Assembly (NCBI RefSeq): GCF_006345805.1
Contig: NC_043013.1
Span: forward strand, 25,234,001 to 25,298,000
DNA length: 64,000 nt
Origin: Octopus sinensis
Taxonomy: Eukaryota
Reading direction: 5' to 3'
The position numbers were made by a program, and so were the translations under genes. The stretch's first letter is position 1, and every line of letters starts with the position of its first letter. The notes beneath the pieces are model-generated. The model was not told the DNA's origin. It made no database searches and saw nothing but the letters and a program-made list of their open reading frames with translations. This document shows, one piece after another, positions 14,101-25,926 of this stretch.

Positions 14101-15734
14101 GAAAAATAGGGCACATTCCCCGCCCCCTTATTTTGTGATTAAGTGGGGATTTATGAAAAACAAGGGGGAATTCGCGGTGAGTTCAGTGAACAAATTAAAC
14201 ACACTACCCGGCTGTGACTAAAACGCGAGCTGATCAAGTTTATGTATAAATTTTCTTTTTATATGTTTTTGTTTCCTTTTACACAATATTAAAACAACAG
14301 CTAAACATTTTCTGAAGCAGCACCCCTCTATGAGCCGCCACTGATTTCGCATATGGATTTTCAGAGACTTTGTCACCGGATAGTCTCACATTAAAATGCA
14401 GGCGAAGGTATTCCCCACTCTTGGTATAAAAGTTTCTCTTACTGACTGTGATTCGATGAAGGTGCTTCGTTTATCAGATTGAATGACAGCAGCGAAGTTC
14501 ACACAAGGACACAACGATATTTATATTGTGGTTACGTCCAACTGAAGTTTAATATTGCAACAGAAATTGCTATAACAGAATGGCTTTAACTCGAAATGAG
14601 ATTTGAAACTTGTGGGAAGAACTTGGCTACGAGAATTATGCCTTGAGCATGTTTGATAGACCAATTTACATACTATTTGCAATAGAGATCTCTTGTCAAA
14701 AACATTTATTGGTTCCAATTGATCTAAAAATTTAGATCATTCGCTCTCTCTGAGACCAACATCCTCCCTTGTGGTTGTTTAAGCTCTGATTGCCATTCTA
14801 GCTACGACCGCCATCTTATCCAGCTTCACTGTATTTAGAACGTAATTCATTGTGTCCTTCCATTTTAAGAAACTGATTTCTAATTTTGACACAAGGTCAG
14901 CAATACCGTGTTCAACTGGTACGTATTTTATCGATCTAGAAAGGATGAAAGGCAACCTCAGTGGAATTTCAACTCAAAACATATAACCGTCCGAAATGCC
15001 GCTTAGCATTTACCCGACGTGTTAACGATTCTGCCAGCTCGCCACCTTTCTTCAAAGGATTAGCAAACCACTATAGCTATAGAAAATCGATAAATAGATA
15101 AAACCCTTTGTTCTAATTATCTGACCACATGCGGCAGAAGTATAACAGGTCAGCTAGGTAGAGAGAGGAAACCGACATGTGCTATTCACGGACAATTATC
15201 CAATATCTTGTCTACATTATATGATTCAGGTTCAGCAATTGTTTAAAATACAACATCGAGTCATTTACTAACAATAACGTATTTTCCTAAAAAGAAATTT
15301 TGAAATTCAAGATAAACATTGCTGCGTGGAAGGTGTTTATAAGCCATTTAAAAACACACAAAAACCGTTAGATTCACTTCAACATTTAAATTTAATTTGT
15401 AAAAATATTTTCATCGCTTTGATCAACCTTTAGTTTTTATTGAAAGTTAACCCTCCCCTGTTTTCAGGGAGTTAACTCTTATTATATATATCAAGAGTTA
15501 TCTACCATTAGTCATAACTCGACTACATACTTAGAAAGAGGAATAGTCGTTTATACCGATTTCCGCATTTGCTTTTCCGTGGTTCTGAAGCGGGGTTTGT
15601 ACAAGCTTTTGTTAAAAAAAAAATTATGTGCAATAAATTGGTTATACACGAAACATTTTAGCAATTTTCAAAAAATACAGAACTATTTGCTCTGTTGACA
15701 GCAAAGGACTCTCTCTCTCTCAGAGTAAAAGGTA

Positions 15735-17278
15735 GATTGTATGATGGTTATGTACGAACGGCTATACTTCATTGTAGTAGACATGCGTACACTAGAGAGG
15801 AATGAAAGTAGTATGCTCCGTTGAATGTGCAACATCAGTGTGCATATACAGTAATCCCCCGACTATCGCGGGTGTTACGTTCCAGAACCCCGCGCGACAA
15901 GTGAAAATCTGCGAAGTAGAAACAGTACTCATCATCGTTTAACGTCCGCTTTCCCTGCTGTCATAGGTTGGACGGTTTGACTGAGTGCTGGCGAGCCAGA
16001 AGGCCGCGCCAGGCCCCATTCCTATCCGGCAATGTTTCCACAGCTGGATGCCCCTCCTAACGCCAAGTACTGTACTGTACATTTTAAAAATTATTCTTAT
16101 AATTTGTATATATTTATTTTATTATAGAATAATAAAATAATAAATGCAGAGGAATCGATGTAAGCTTAGATAATAAACTGTGACATGGTGAGGGATTACT
16201 GTACAACAAAGTGCAAATGTGTTGAGAGAGAATTTGGGCATAAGAGAAATCAGATGCAACATGCAAGAGAAAATATTTTGTTGGTTTAGACATGAGATGT
16301 GTTGGAATGAAGGCAGGTGTATAAAGAAGTGCTGATCACTGAGAGTGGATGACACATGTGGAAGAGAGAGAACCAGGAAGACATGGAATGAAGCAGTGAA
16401 GACCAATCTTAGGATGTTGGGCCTCACGGAAGGGATGATAATAGACTGAGATGTGAAGTTCTTGAGAAGACCCACCCACTTCAGCTAAAAAGTGTTTGAG
16501 AAGTGCTATGCGCTCCACCGATATGTAACAATACAACTTTGCACACACTTTACCCCAACAAACCAAACTACATCTCTTCTCTTCCTCACATGTCTTCTTT
16601 TTCATGCACTATACCAATGCTTATCTCTCTCCTGAATCCTGTCCTCATTGTATCATTGCTATCCTCTTGTCTCCTAGCCCCTCTATATATCCAGGATTCA
16701 TCAGCCACTGCACCTCACCACCACACTCTTTGCATTCAGGGGAAGTCTCTACTCCCTTTGGTAATACTCTAACTCCCATACCATGAGGGTATGCCCTAGC
16801 ACTTCACCACCATCTAGCTCTCTCTCTTGCTCTGACACCATCCCATTTAAATTCTTCTGATTGCTTTTCCTTGTATGTCCCAGCAGTTTGCCATCATCTC
16901 CCTCCTGCCCTCTTCTCTACTCTTCCTATCTCCCACTCTTTTCCTCTGACTGGATAACCATGTATCTCCTCTACAGCAACACCTCCCTTTCCTGTCTCTT
17001 TGTCACACTCTAATAACCATATATCATCTGGTACAAGATTACCTCCTCCCAAAGGTTCTTTGTTTTGCAAGTTACTCGGTGACCCTACCAATGCTGGTGC
17101 CACATAAAAAGCATCCAGTGTTCACTGTAAAGTGGTTGGCATTTGGAAGGGCATCCAGCTGTAAAAAACCCCCCCTGCTAAAACAGACAGTGAAACCTGG
17201 TACAGTCTTCTACCTTGCCTGCTTCTGTCAAACCATCCAATCCATACCAGCATAGAAACCAGCCGTTAAATGATGATA
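15735..17278 (+). mobile_element. 5'-truncated RTE-clade LINE (RT C-terminus, 3' UTR, GAT tail)
   Basis: Decayed RTE-type C-terminal coding sequence, a long 3' UTR shared with 41280-41775, and the terminal gttggcatt.ggaagggcatccagctgta...gttaaatgatgat block. Confidence 0.75.
15849..16201. mobile_element. Tigger/pogo-like MITE, interrupted by an RTE tail at about 15929-16066
   Basis: TIR cagtaatccc / gggattactg with TA TSDs; second copy at 25673-25926. Confidence 0.8.
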
Positions 17279-17349
17279 AGAATTCCAAATTATATAAATA
17301 CAATAGGATTTTAAAAACAGAATGGCTATGATGGTCCACCCAAGTAAAA

Positions 17350-18450
17350 TAGGAGCAAAACGAGGGGATGGAGTGGATTCAACAAGGGTGAAATGACTTG
17401 CCAGCTCCAAGATAGAGAACTGAGGTGCATCCGTTAGCGATTTTATGCCAATCAGTCAAGAAGTCCAGGTCTGAGTATGTGGGAGCAGTATCCTGTTGAG
17501 CATCAGTGACTGTCTAAAAGTGAAATATTTTCTTGCTTTAGAGAGAAGGCTCAGTTTGGGATCCTAGCTATGCTAAAGATGTGCTTTCATTTGGAAGAAT
17601 CATCAGTACTAGTAATGCCTCACATTTGGAGCAATTGCTACGGCTCTAGTTGAGTGTTGCTTGTTTAGGTCTACGTAGTGCAGTGGTGTTTTTCTAGATA
17701 TGTGTAGTGTTGGAGTTCTTTTGCTGTTAAAAGATAGTGGAAAGGATTGACTAAAAGATGGTATAGAACCAGAAGCGGTTTGGTGCGTGTGGATTATGTA
17801 TGGTTGAAGAAATGAAGTGTTATGTTATTTGCATTAGAGTGAGCATAGTTGGATGTGACATTAAGTAGAGGTCATTAATGTATAGGAAGTGCTTGGTCAA
17901 CATGTGCTGCAATGGTATGATCTGCTAGGCAGATAAGGGGTGGATGCAGCCTACAGGTGGGAATATTTGCATTTTAGAGCTGGTCAAAAGCTTTGCTTTG
18001 TCCAAAATAATGACACTGCTTTCAAAGCTTTTTAAAGTGAATATGTCTCCACTGGGACTAACTCTGTGGAAGCTGTTTTGGTGGTCAGTGAGGTGAAAAG
18101 ATTGGTGTTGAAGGAGGTCATTTTTAAAGGCAGTCTTCATCAGTGATGTTAGATGTGAGAGCAACAGGATGATAGTTGCCTTTCTTGGGAATGGGATGTG
18201 CAGAATCTATATGTAGAAAGCGAGAGTTAAAGAGTTTGATGAACAGAGGAGCAATATGTGGTGCAGACTGAGTGTAATGGAAACGAAATAAGCAGGGTCA
18301 GTGGCCTTGTTTGAAGCTACTGAAGATATTTCTGCACTTGGGATATATGGGGTGGAGTGGAAGGGTTGACTTGGAGGAGATTCACCAAGCTGGATGCAAA
18401 GCAGACAGTGAAGTTGAATGCTTTCTCCAAGCAAGTTCTGTCTTAAGAGC
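17350..18450 (-). mobile_element. Decayed CR1/Jockey-type LINE reverse-transcriptase fragment
   Basis: Remnant motifs PIPKKG.NYHPVALTS, DHQ.SF, VIILD and LINDL across frameshifts. Confidence 0.55.
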
Positions 18451-19348
18451 CATCATTTTTTAGAAAAGGAGAGGAAGAAAAACTGTAAAACTGGAGAATA
18501 TTTTGATAAAGAACAAAAAGAATCAGCTCCTGTTTGGGAGGCTGGGAAGTTTGAGGGTTGAGTGATTACACAAAAGTATCCTTTGTTCAACAGACTGCTA
18601 TTTATAACAATTTACTGCTGGGTGACAGCCATCTAGTTTTAGGGAATGACTGATATTCTCTAGGCATTGTAAGCCTTGTTTTAGCCAAAATATTTACAGC
18701 ACAACTACATGTACACAGAGTTTTTGTTGTGAGGGATATAAATGTACACACCTAAAAAGAATGATTTCAGCCTGCCATTTGGCTGTTTCTGATGAATCAC
18801 GTTTATAAACACAGGGGTACTGCCAACCCACTTCTTAGTTTTCTACATCCCCTCACAAAACTCTATTTCAGGTTAGCTTACTAGTTGGAATTCCTTCCTC
18901 TTAACTAAAACCATTTTTTAAAAGAATTCAACCTGGATGCTTTTGAGGCTTAAGCCAGCTTAATTAGGTTTCTCAACATCATTTAATGCTTGTTGTCCAT
19001 GGCTTGGACGGTTTGACTGGGCTGGTACACTGCACCAGGTTCCAGTCTGATTTGTCATGGTTTTCTATGGCTGGATGCCCTTCCTAACACCAACTACTCC
19101 GAGAGTGTAATGGGTGCTTTTACGCGCCACTGACACAAGTGCCATTTGTATGACACCGGGGTGTGTTTACATGCCAATTTGTGTGCGACCGGTATCTTCC
19201 ACAACTGCAATTTTGCTTGGCTTCATGGGTCTTCTTCTCAAGCACCAATAATCAAAAAACTTTTTCTCATTAAAAGAATTACTGAAGTATAATCAATTTC
19301 TTTTGGAAGAATAATTAAAAACAAAAGACAAATGTATACAAAACAGTT

Positions 19349-19354
19349 TTTATT
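19349..19354 (-). terminator. Polyadenylation signal (AATAAA) of SEC61G
   Basis: AATAAA on the minus strand shortly after the stop codon, followed by T/GT-rich sequence. Confidence 0.7.
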
Positions 19355-19401
19355 TAATCAACAAACTCGTATACCTAGGAAATCTTTTCATTGTCAGTGA
19401 T

Positions 19402-19411
19402 TTAACTGCCC
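19402..19411 (-). CDS. SEC61G: Sec61 gamma, last coding exon (completes V, then G S stop)
   Basis: Acceptor tttctctgtttttcag followed by g ggc agt taa gives the expected 68-aa protein ending IIVGS. AATAAA follows about 48 nt downstream. Confidence 0.9.
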
Positions 19412-20439
19412 CTGAAAAACAGAGAAATAGTTTATTGAAAATTTACAATTTTTCATGAAATTTTATAACAGTTATAAAATTATAAGTTTCATCTTAAAGT
19501 CATTATCTGGAAAATTATAAAAGTAAACTGTTTTTTAACAAAGAATTTATTTAAGCCTTTAGGAATATGAAATTTAAAAAAAAAAGACAAATAAGGAAGT
19601 GGACTATTTGGAAAAACCAACCATAATTTCAGGGATGTTAAAGGGACATTTCTAAAATGACATCCATAAATTGTTTAGACAACTTACTAGACATAGTTGA
19701 GAGTTTAAGTGATAAGAATGAGTGGAAAATAAAGAATTGCTTCTGGTAATCAATAAAACAAAACAACTTTCCCTCACCCAAAGGAAGGTTGTATGAAATC
19801 AACTTAAATATTTTGATGTTGATGATAGATGTGGAAACCATCGGAGGCAGAACAAAAATGTGATATTTCACAAAATCATCATCATTGTTTAATGTCCTTT
19901 TTCAGTGCTGGCATGGGTCAGAAGAGGATATTCGTGAAGAGAAGTGAACAAAATGGGGAGATCAGTTCTTCACATGGGATGTTGAAAGACTGAAGTATGT
20001 AGCAATACGCTGCATGACACAACTGCCAGACTTCTGTCTGAATAGCATTATGACAATAACAACAACTGCATTGCATTAAATGAAAAGAGATCTAAATTTT
20101 TCAAAAATAGGAGGGAAAACTATTATTAAAGCAATCTCTGAATTTAAAATTAAAAATACTTTTAGGGGCAGGCATAGCTGTGTGGTAAGAAGCTTGCTTC
20201 TCAATCACATGGTTGCTGGTTCAATCCTATTGTGTGGCACTTTGAGCAAGTGTCTTCCATTGCAGCCTCGGGCCAACTAAAGCCTTGAATGGATTTGGTA
20301 GATGGAAACTGAAAGAAGCCTGATACACATATATATATATATGTGTGTGTGTCCCTACTGCTTGACAACTGGTGTTGGTGTGTTTACGTCCCCATAACTT
20401 AATGGTTCAGCAGAAAGACTGATAAAGTACTAGGCTTAA

Positions 20440-20648
20440 CCCTTTCGTTACCAACCTGGCCAAAAATGGCTCTGGCTCTGTAGTGCAAATGTCTTGTTTT
20501 CAAAAGTTCTGAATTAAAATCTTCCACCAAACCTTAGTCACAATTTATGTTCCTAACACTAGCTTAATGATAACTAAGTCATTTTACTAATGTTATATTG
20601 AAAATTGAAAGAAACACAGATCATAACAGAAATATGATAACAAAAGGG
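20440..20648 (+). mobile_element. piggyBac-like MITE family 1, copy a
   Basis: TTAA-CCCTTT...AAAGGG-TTAA termini. Confidence 0.8.
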
Positions 20649-20679
20649 TTAAAATATATAATAGAGACACAATTCTTAA

Positions 20680-20901
20680 CACTTTTGATACCAACCTGGC
20701 AGATATTGCCTCTGGCTCTGTAGTACAACTGTCTTGTTTTCATAAGTTTTGAATTAAAATCTTCCACCAAAGCTTAGTCACAATTTATGTTCCAAACACT
20801 AGCTTAATGATAACTAAGTTATTTTACTAAATTCTTTGTTATATTTAAAATTAATTGAAAGGAACACAGAGCGTCTCAACAGAAATAAGGTATCAAAAGG
20901 G
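20680..20901 (+). mobile_element. piggyBac-like MITE family 1, copy b
   Basis: TTAA flanks; colinear with copy a. Confidence 0.8.
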
Positions 20902-21069
20902 TTAAAGAAAAAAAAGTACTGGAGTCAATTCATTCAGCTAAAAATTCTTGAAAGCGATGCCCCAGCATGGCCACAGTCTAATGATTGAAACAAGTAAAAG
21001 ATAAAAAAGAGCCAAAAATGAAATTCATTCAGATTGCAGCCCTTAATTGGAAGCAAGCTGGTTTACTTA

Positions 21070-21210
<141 letters not shown>

Positions 21211-21415
21211 TTACGAAAATTTTAACAATATTCATTTGTTTGAACGGATATAAATTTTAACTTGGTTTGCATCAATCATGATAATCCCCAAACAATTAGG
21301 AAGATAAATGAAAGAAAACAGCTTTGATTGGTGATGGAGGTGGTGGGGAACACCTTAGAAATGATTCAAGTCTCTTCTTAAAAATAATGCTTATAGGAAA
21401 AGTGCAGGTTACCTA

Positions 21416-22687
21416 TCAGGTCATCCCATAAGTTCTGTCCGATTTTACCTTTTTTAAAATTGAATGAAATTTAGTAGTATTTTAGCATGTCTAATGGAAT
21501 TAAAAATTATTTTCATGCATTTGTGTACATTTAACTAATTAAATATTATTTTACAGAATAGCAGAACTAAAATTTCTTTGAACATGGAAGTATCCAAAGA
21601 GCATTTGAGGCACATAATGTTTTATGAGTACAGAAAAGGAAACTCTGCAGCCAAAGCGACTCAAAACATACACTCAGTTTATGAGAAAGAATGCTTGAAT
21701 GAAAGACCTTGCAGAAGATGGTTTCCAAAATTCAGAAGTGGAGATTTCAGCCTTGAAGATGAAGATTGAACAGGACGTCCAGTTGAGTTTGATGATAAGC
21801 TCCTTGAGGCATTACTTGAGGAAAATCCTGCATTATCAGTTGAAGAATTGGCAATAAAGCTTAGTTCAAACCATACAACTGTTCATCGTCATCTTCAACA
21901 ACTTGGAAAGGTTCCTAAACTTGGAGAATGGGTACCTCGTGAATTGTCCGCAAGAAACCGCAAATCTCAAGTTGACATCTGCTCTTCTCTTCATTCTCGC
22001 AAACTCATTTCACCTTTTTTGGATAGACTTGTGACTGGTGACGAAAAATGAATCTTCTATTGAAATGTTAAACATCGTAACCAGTGGCTTGGTAAAAGAG
22101 AAAAAGCTCAACCACAACTGAGAACGAAACTTCATGGGAAAAAGGTTCTTCTCTCTATCTGGTGGGATTGCAAAGGAGTAATTCACTTTGAACTGTTACC
22201 ACCTAATGCAACAATCAATGCTCAAGTCTACTGTCAGCGATTAGAGTGTTTGAACCAAGCTTTGAAGAAAAAAAGACCCGCTTTAGTGAATCGAAAAGGA
22301 ATGATGTTTCATCAGGACAATGCGCGACTCCACACTGCAAAGATCACATCACAGAAGATCGAAGAGCTTGGTTGGGAAAAAATTCTTCATCCACCTTATT
22401 CTCCCGACCTTGCTCCTTCAGACTACCATTTGTTTTGTAGTTTAGAGAATCATTTGGGGGACATAACTTTCGCAAGCCAGGAGGAGGTTGAAACTGACAT
22501 TTCAGAGTTCTTCGCTTTGAAACCAAAAGAGTTTTACATTGATGGGATTAAAAAGCTTGTAAATAGAAGGAAGGAAGTGATAGATAATCAGGGAAAGTAT
22601 ATTGATGATTAAATTTCAATTAAATATAACATTTGATCACTTGTTTTCTTTATTCAAAATTCGGACAGAACTTATAGGTTGACCTGA
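21416..22687 (+). mobile_element. Full-length decayed mariner (D,D34D) in SEC61G intron 2; transposase frame 21584-22612
   Basis: About 30-bp TIRs (tcaggtcatcccataagttctgtccg / cggacagaacttataggttgacctga) with TA on the left; motifs WVPREL, TGDEK, HQDNA and YSPDLAPSDYHLF; three in-frame TGA codons and no net frameshift. Confidence 0.95.
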
Positions 22688-22754
22688 CATATATAGAGTC
22701 TGCAGCTTGGTTTTGAGTCTAGCTCAACAAGTCCTTTTCATTTTACATCATTAA

Positions 22755-23175
22755 CTCTTTAGCATTCAGAATTATCATCATTGTTTAACATCCGCTTTCC
22801 ATGCTGGCATGGGTTTGACGGTTTGATTGAGGACTGGCCAGCTGGGAGGCTGCACCAGGCTCCAATCTGATCTGCCAAGGTGTCTACAGCTTGATGGCCT
22901 TCCTAATATCAACCACTCCAAGAGTGTAGTGGGTGCTTTTTACAGGCCACTGGCATGGGGCCCCAGTCAGGTGGCACTGGCATCGACCATGCAGAAGATT
23001 AGTCTTGTCAGATATGTTTGTTTATTCACATTGTTTTGAATTAATGATGCATTATTTTGAAGTCTTGAGATTTCAGTGACATGATTATTTTTTAGAATGA
23101 CATTGCAGGGTGGGTGTGAGAAGCTGGGCTCGGTCAGTTTGAACATAAAACAAGTAGAACATTGGTGCTAAAGGG
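22755..23175 (+). mobile_element. piggyBac-like MITE family 2, interrupted by an RTE tail; related copies at 1-176 (inverted), about 35385-35480 and 47095-47250
   Basis: TTAA flanks with ctcttt...aaaggg ends; the internal sequence recurs elsewhere in the window. Confidence 0.65.
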
Positions 23176-24738
23176 TTAATGCGCCTAAGAAAGGCATGAA
23201 AGTTCCAACTCCAAATTAGCTTTTCTAAGAAATCTCAGGCTAAACATCAACAGAAAACCTTTTCTGTGTAACCTTTTTTTACAACACAGAAAATGGCTTC
23301 AGTGTATTCTTGCTTTAAAGTTGCTAGGGCAACAATGAAACATATGTGAGATATGATAATTCTTCAGGTTTTCCAACTCTTACTAATTATTTAAAAATTA
23401 TTTCTAATAAAGTATTATAAAAGTTTTAAAACATAAACATTATCTTCCTTATATCCAGGACCCCTAAAACATTTTGTTTCAAGGCCCCATCCCTTCAACC
23501 AAAATTCATAATCTATGCACCTTTTATTCATAGCTATATTTTACTTTATTCTATTTGAAGTTCAATATTTCACATTATCCTAAAGAACATCTTCAAAAGT
23601 ACAAGTTAAATTTATTTAGGTCTATTACAAATCTCAATAAGTAAAACTTCCACATATGAATAAAAGAGCATTTTTATAATCCAGGCAACTTTCAAAGACA
23701 AACACAGCACACTTTTCGCTTCGCTAAATCATCGATCAGTTCAGAATAATCAAGCTGAGAGCTAAGTTTACATTCAATAGATATGATAGACAATCCACAA
23801 AGTCTGGTACAATGTAATATTTTTACAAAAACTTTTGCAGGCACAATGTATTACTATTTTATTTCTTGAAATTTTTAGTTAACATAGATAATTTAATTCC
23901 TGTTCAGCATCTTAACTGAAGTAAATAGAGGACTCATCTACATACTTTGATCTTAACATGGGGCCCCCTCAACTGTAGAGGCCCCATGCAACGGCAGGGG
24001 TTGCAGGGCTTAGCAACGGCTCCGCTTATATCCAGTAGCTTTAGTGTTTGATTATATAGGAAGATTCTTGCAATACTTTTCCTTTTCATTTTCTTCAATG
24101 TCTCAGTCATTTTGACAGTGGCCATGCTGGAGAACTGCCTTTTAGTCAAACAAATCAACTCTAGGACTTATTCTATCAGACTCTTTTGCCAAACCACTAA
24201 GTTATGGGGACGTAAACACACCAACACCAATTGTCAAGCAATGGTAGTGGTGTGGGGGGACAAACACACATATATATATATATACATACACACACACACA
24301 TGGCAGGCTTCTTTCAGTTTCTGTCTACCACATCCACTCACAAGGCTTTGGTTGGCCTGACGCTATAGTAGAAGACACTTGCCCAAGGTGCCACACAGTG
24401 GAACTGAACCTGGAACCATGTGGTTGGGAAGCAAGCTTCTTATCACACAGCAATGCATTTTCTTTAAAGCTAACCTGTCTCTCTTTTAGCTTTAATATGG
24501 AAATAATTATCTAAACACCTTAATTAAAAAAATGAAAATGAAATAGAACCTTTTTTTAAAATCAAAATGCCTACTTCTATTAGACATTTAAATACAACAA
24601 AACATGTACAAAATTTAAGGAATTACTTAGTTGATAATTGTTTATCCTTTCAACAAAGTTTTTTTGTTACTTGGTATAAATTATATATGTAAAATAGTAA
24701 AGGTTCAATTAATTCTGTTGAAAGTTACAAATAGTTAC

Positions 24739-24832
24739 CTTTTCTGTCTGGTTTTGTGCATCTTTTGACAAGTCTTATGGAGTCTTTGGCAAACTGTTTG
24801 CCAGGCTCAACCATTTGCATTACCTGATCCAT
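24739..24832 (-). CDS. SEC61G: Sec61 translocon subunit gamma, first coding exon ([31 protein letters not shown])
   Basis: Manual translation closely matches the conserved Sec61gamma N-terminus. Acceptor AG lies 2 nt before the ATG, and the donor GTAACT is at 24738 (phase 1). Confidence 0.97.
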
Positions 24833-25672
24833 TGCTTTCAGATTAAAAAAAAAGAAAAGAAAGAAATGAATATACTAAATAACAACAAATAAGTTTAAAG
24901 AGAAATCGTGTTTTATTAAATTACATATTCAGTATACAAGATCTACCAGGTTACCACTGACTGTTTGCAAGTACATCTAAATGGGACTATAATCAATAAT
25001 AACCACTAAACACTTTTCAGAAAAGGGGGTGCCTTCTTTTTCTCTCTAAATTTGCAGAAGTTTCAACCCCTTCCAACCAAGGTACACGGTGCAATATAGT
25101 AAAAAGAAAAGCTTTACTGAGAAGTTTATAAGAAGATGCAGATGATGAAAAATTTGAGAAGAGAATGTAACAAAGGAGTCTGAGAAGTGATTAGGGATTA
25201 GTGAGCTCGGTCAAAAAAGGAGATTTTCTCTCTCAGATACAATAATAATTTCTTCAGTTTGAAATGTCAGCTATTAAGGGAATGTGTTTAAAGTTTCCCA
25301 AATGCCGTATCTGAGCCTTTGAGAAAACTCAACAACAGAGGTGAAACATTCTTTTTCTTTCATGACAGAAAGACAAATCCAAGAAAACAAATCTTTACAT
25401 GGAATCAATATTAGATTATATAAATGAGGAAAAGCCCTTAAATGAAAGATTTTCAGGAGAACTAATGGGTCTTCCTTGAAATAAGTTTTAGTGTTTTCAA
25501 ATATTTATTAAACTGTTAAATCCCCATTGGGGGGAATATACACTGAATGAAAAATCTCATTGATGGAGAAAGCTGACCAAATGGAAAGAGAGAGTAGGGT
25601 CATTTGTACTTAAGTATATGAGAATAATTATGATGGATGTTGGAATTGAATGACTGAGGGAAAATATGTATA

Positions 25673-25926
25673 GAGTAATCCCTTGACTATCGCGGGTGTT
25701 ACATTCCAAAAACCCCTGCCATAGGTGAAAATCCGTGAAGTAGAAACAGTACTGTATAGTATACTATTTTTACTTTTATAATTTATGTATATTTATTTTA
25801 TTATAAATGCAAAACAACACCACAGAGGAATCAACATATCTTTTAACGTTCGCTTTCCATGCTAGCATGGGTTAGCTTAAATAATAAACCTCGATAGGTG
25901 AACTGTGACATGGTAAGGGATTACTG
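25673..25926. mobile_element. Tigger/pogo-like MITE, second copy (SEC61G intron 1)
   Basis: Same TIRs and internal sequence as 15849-16201. Confidence 0.75.
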
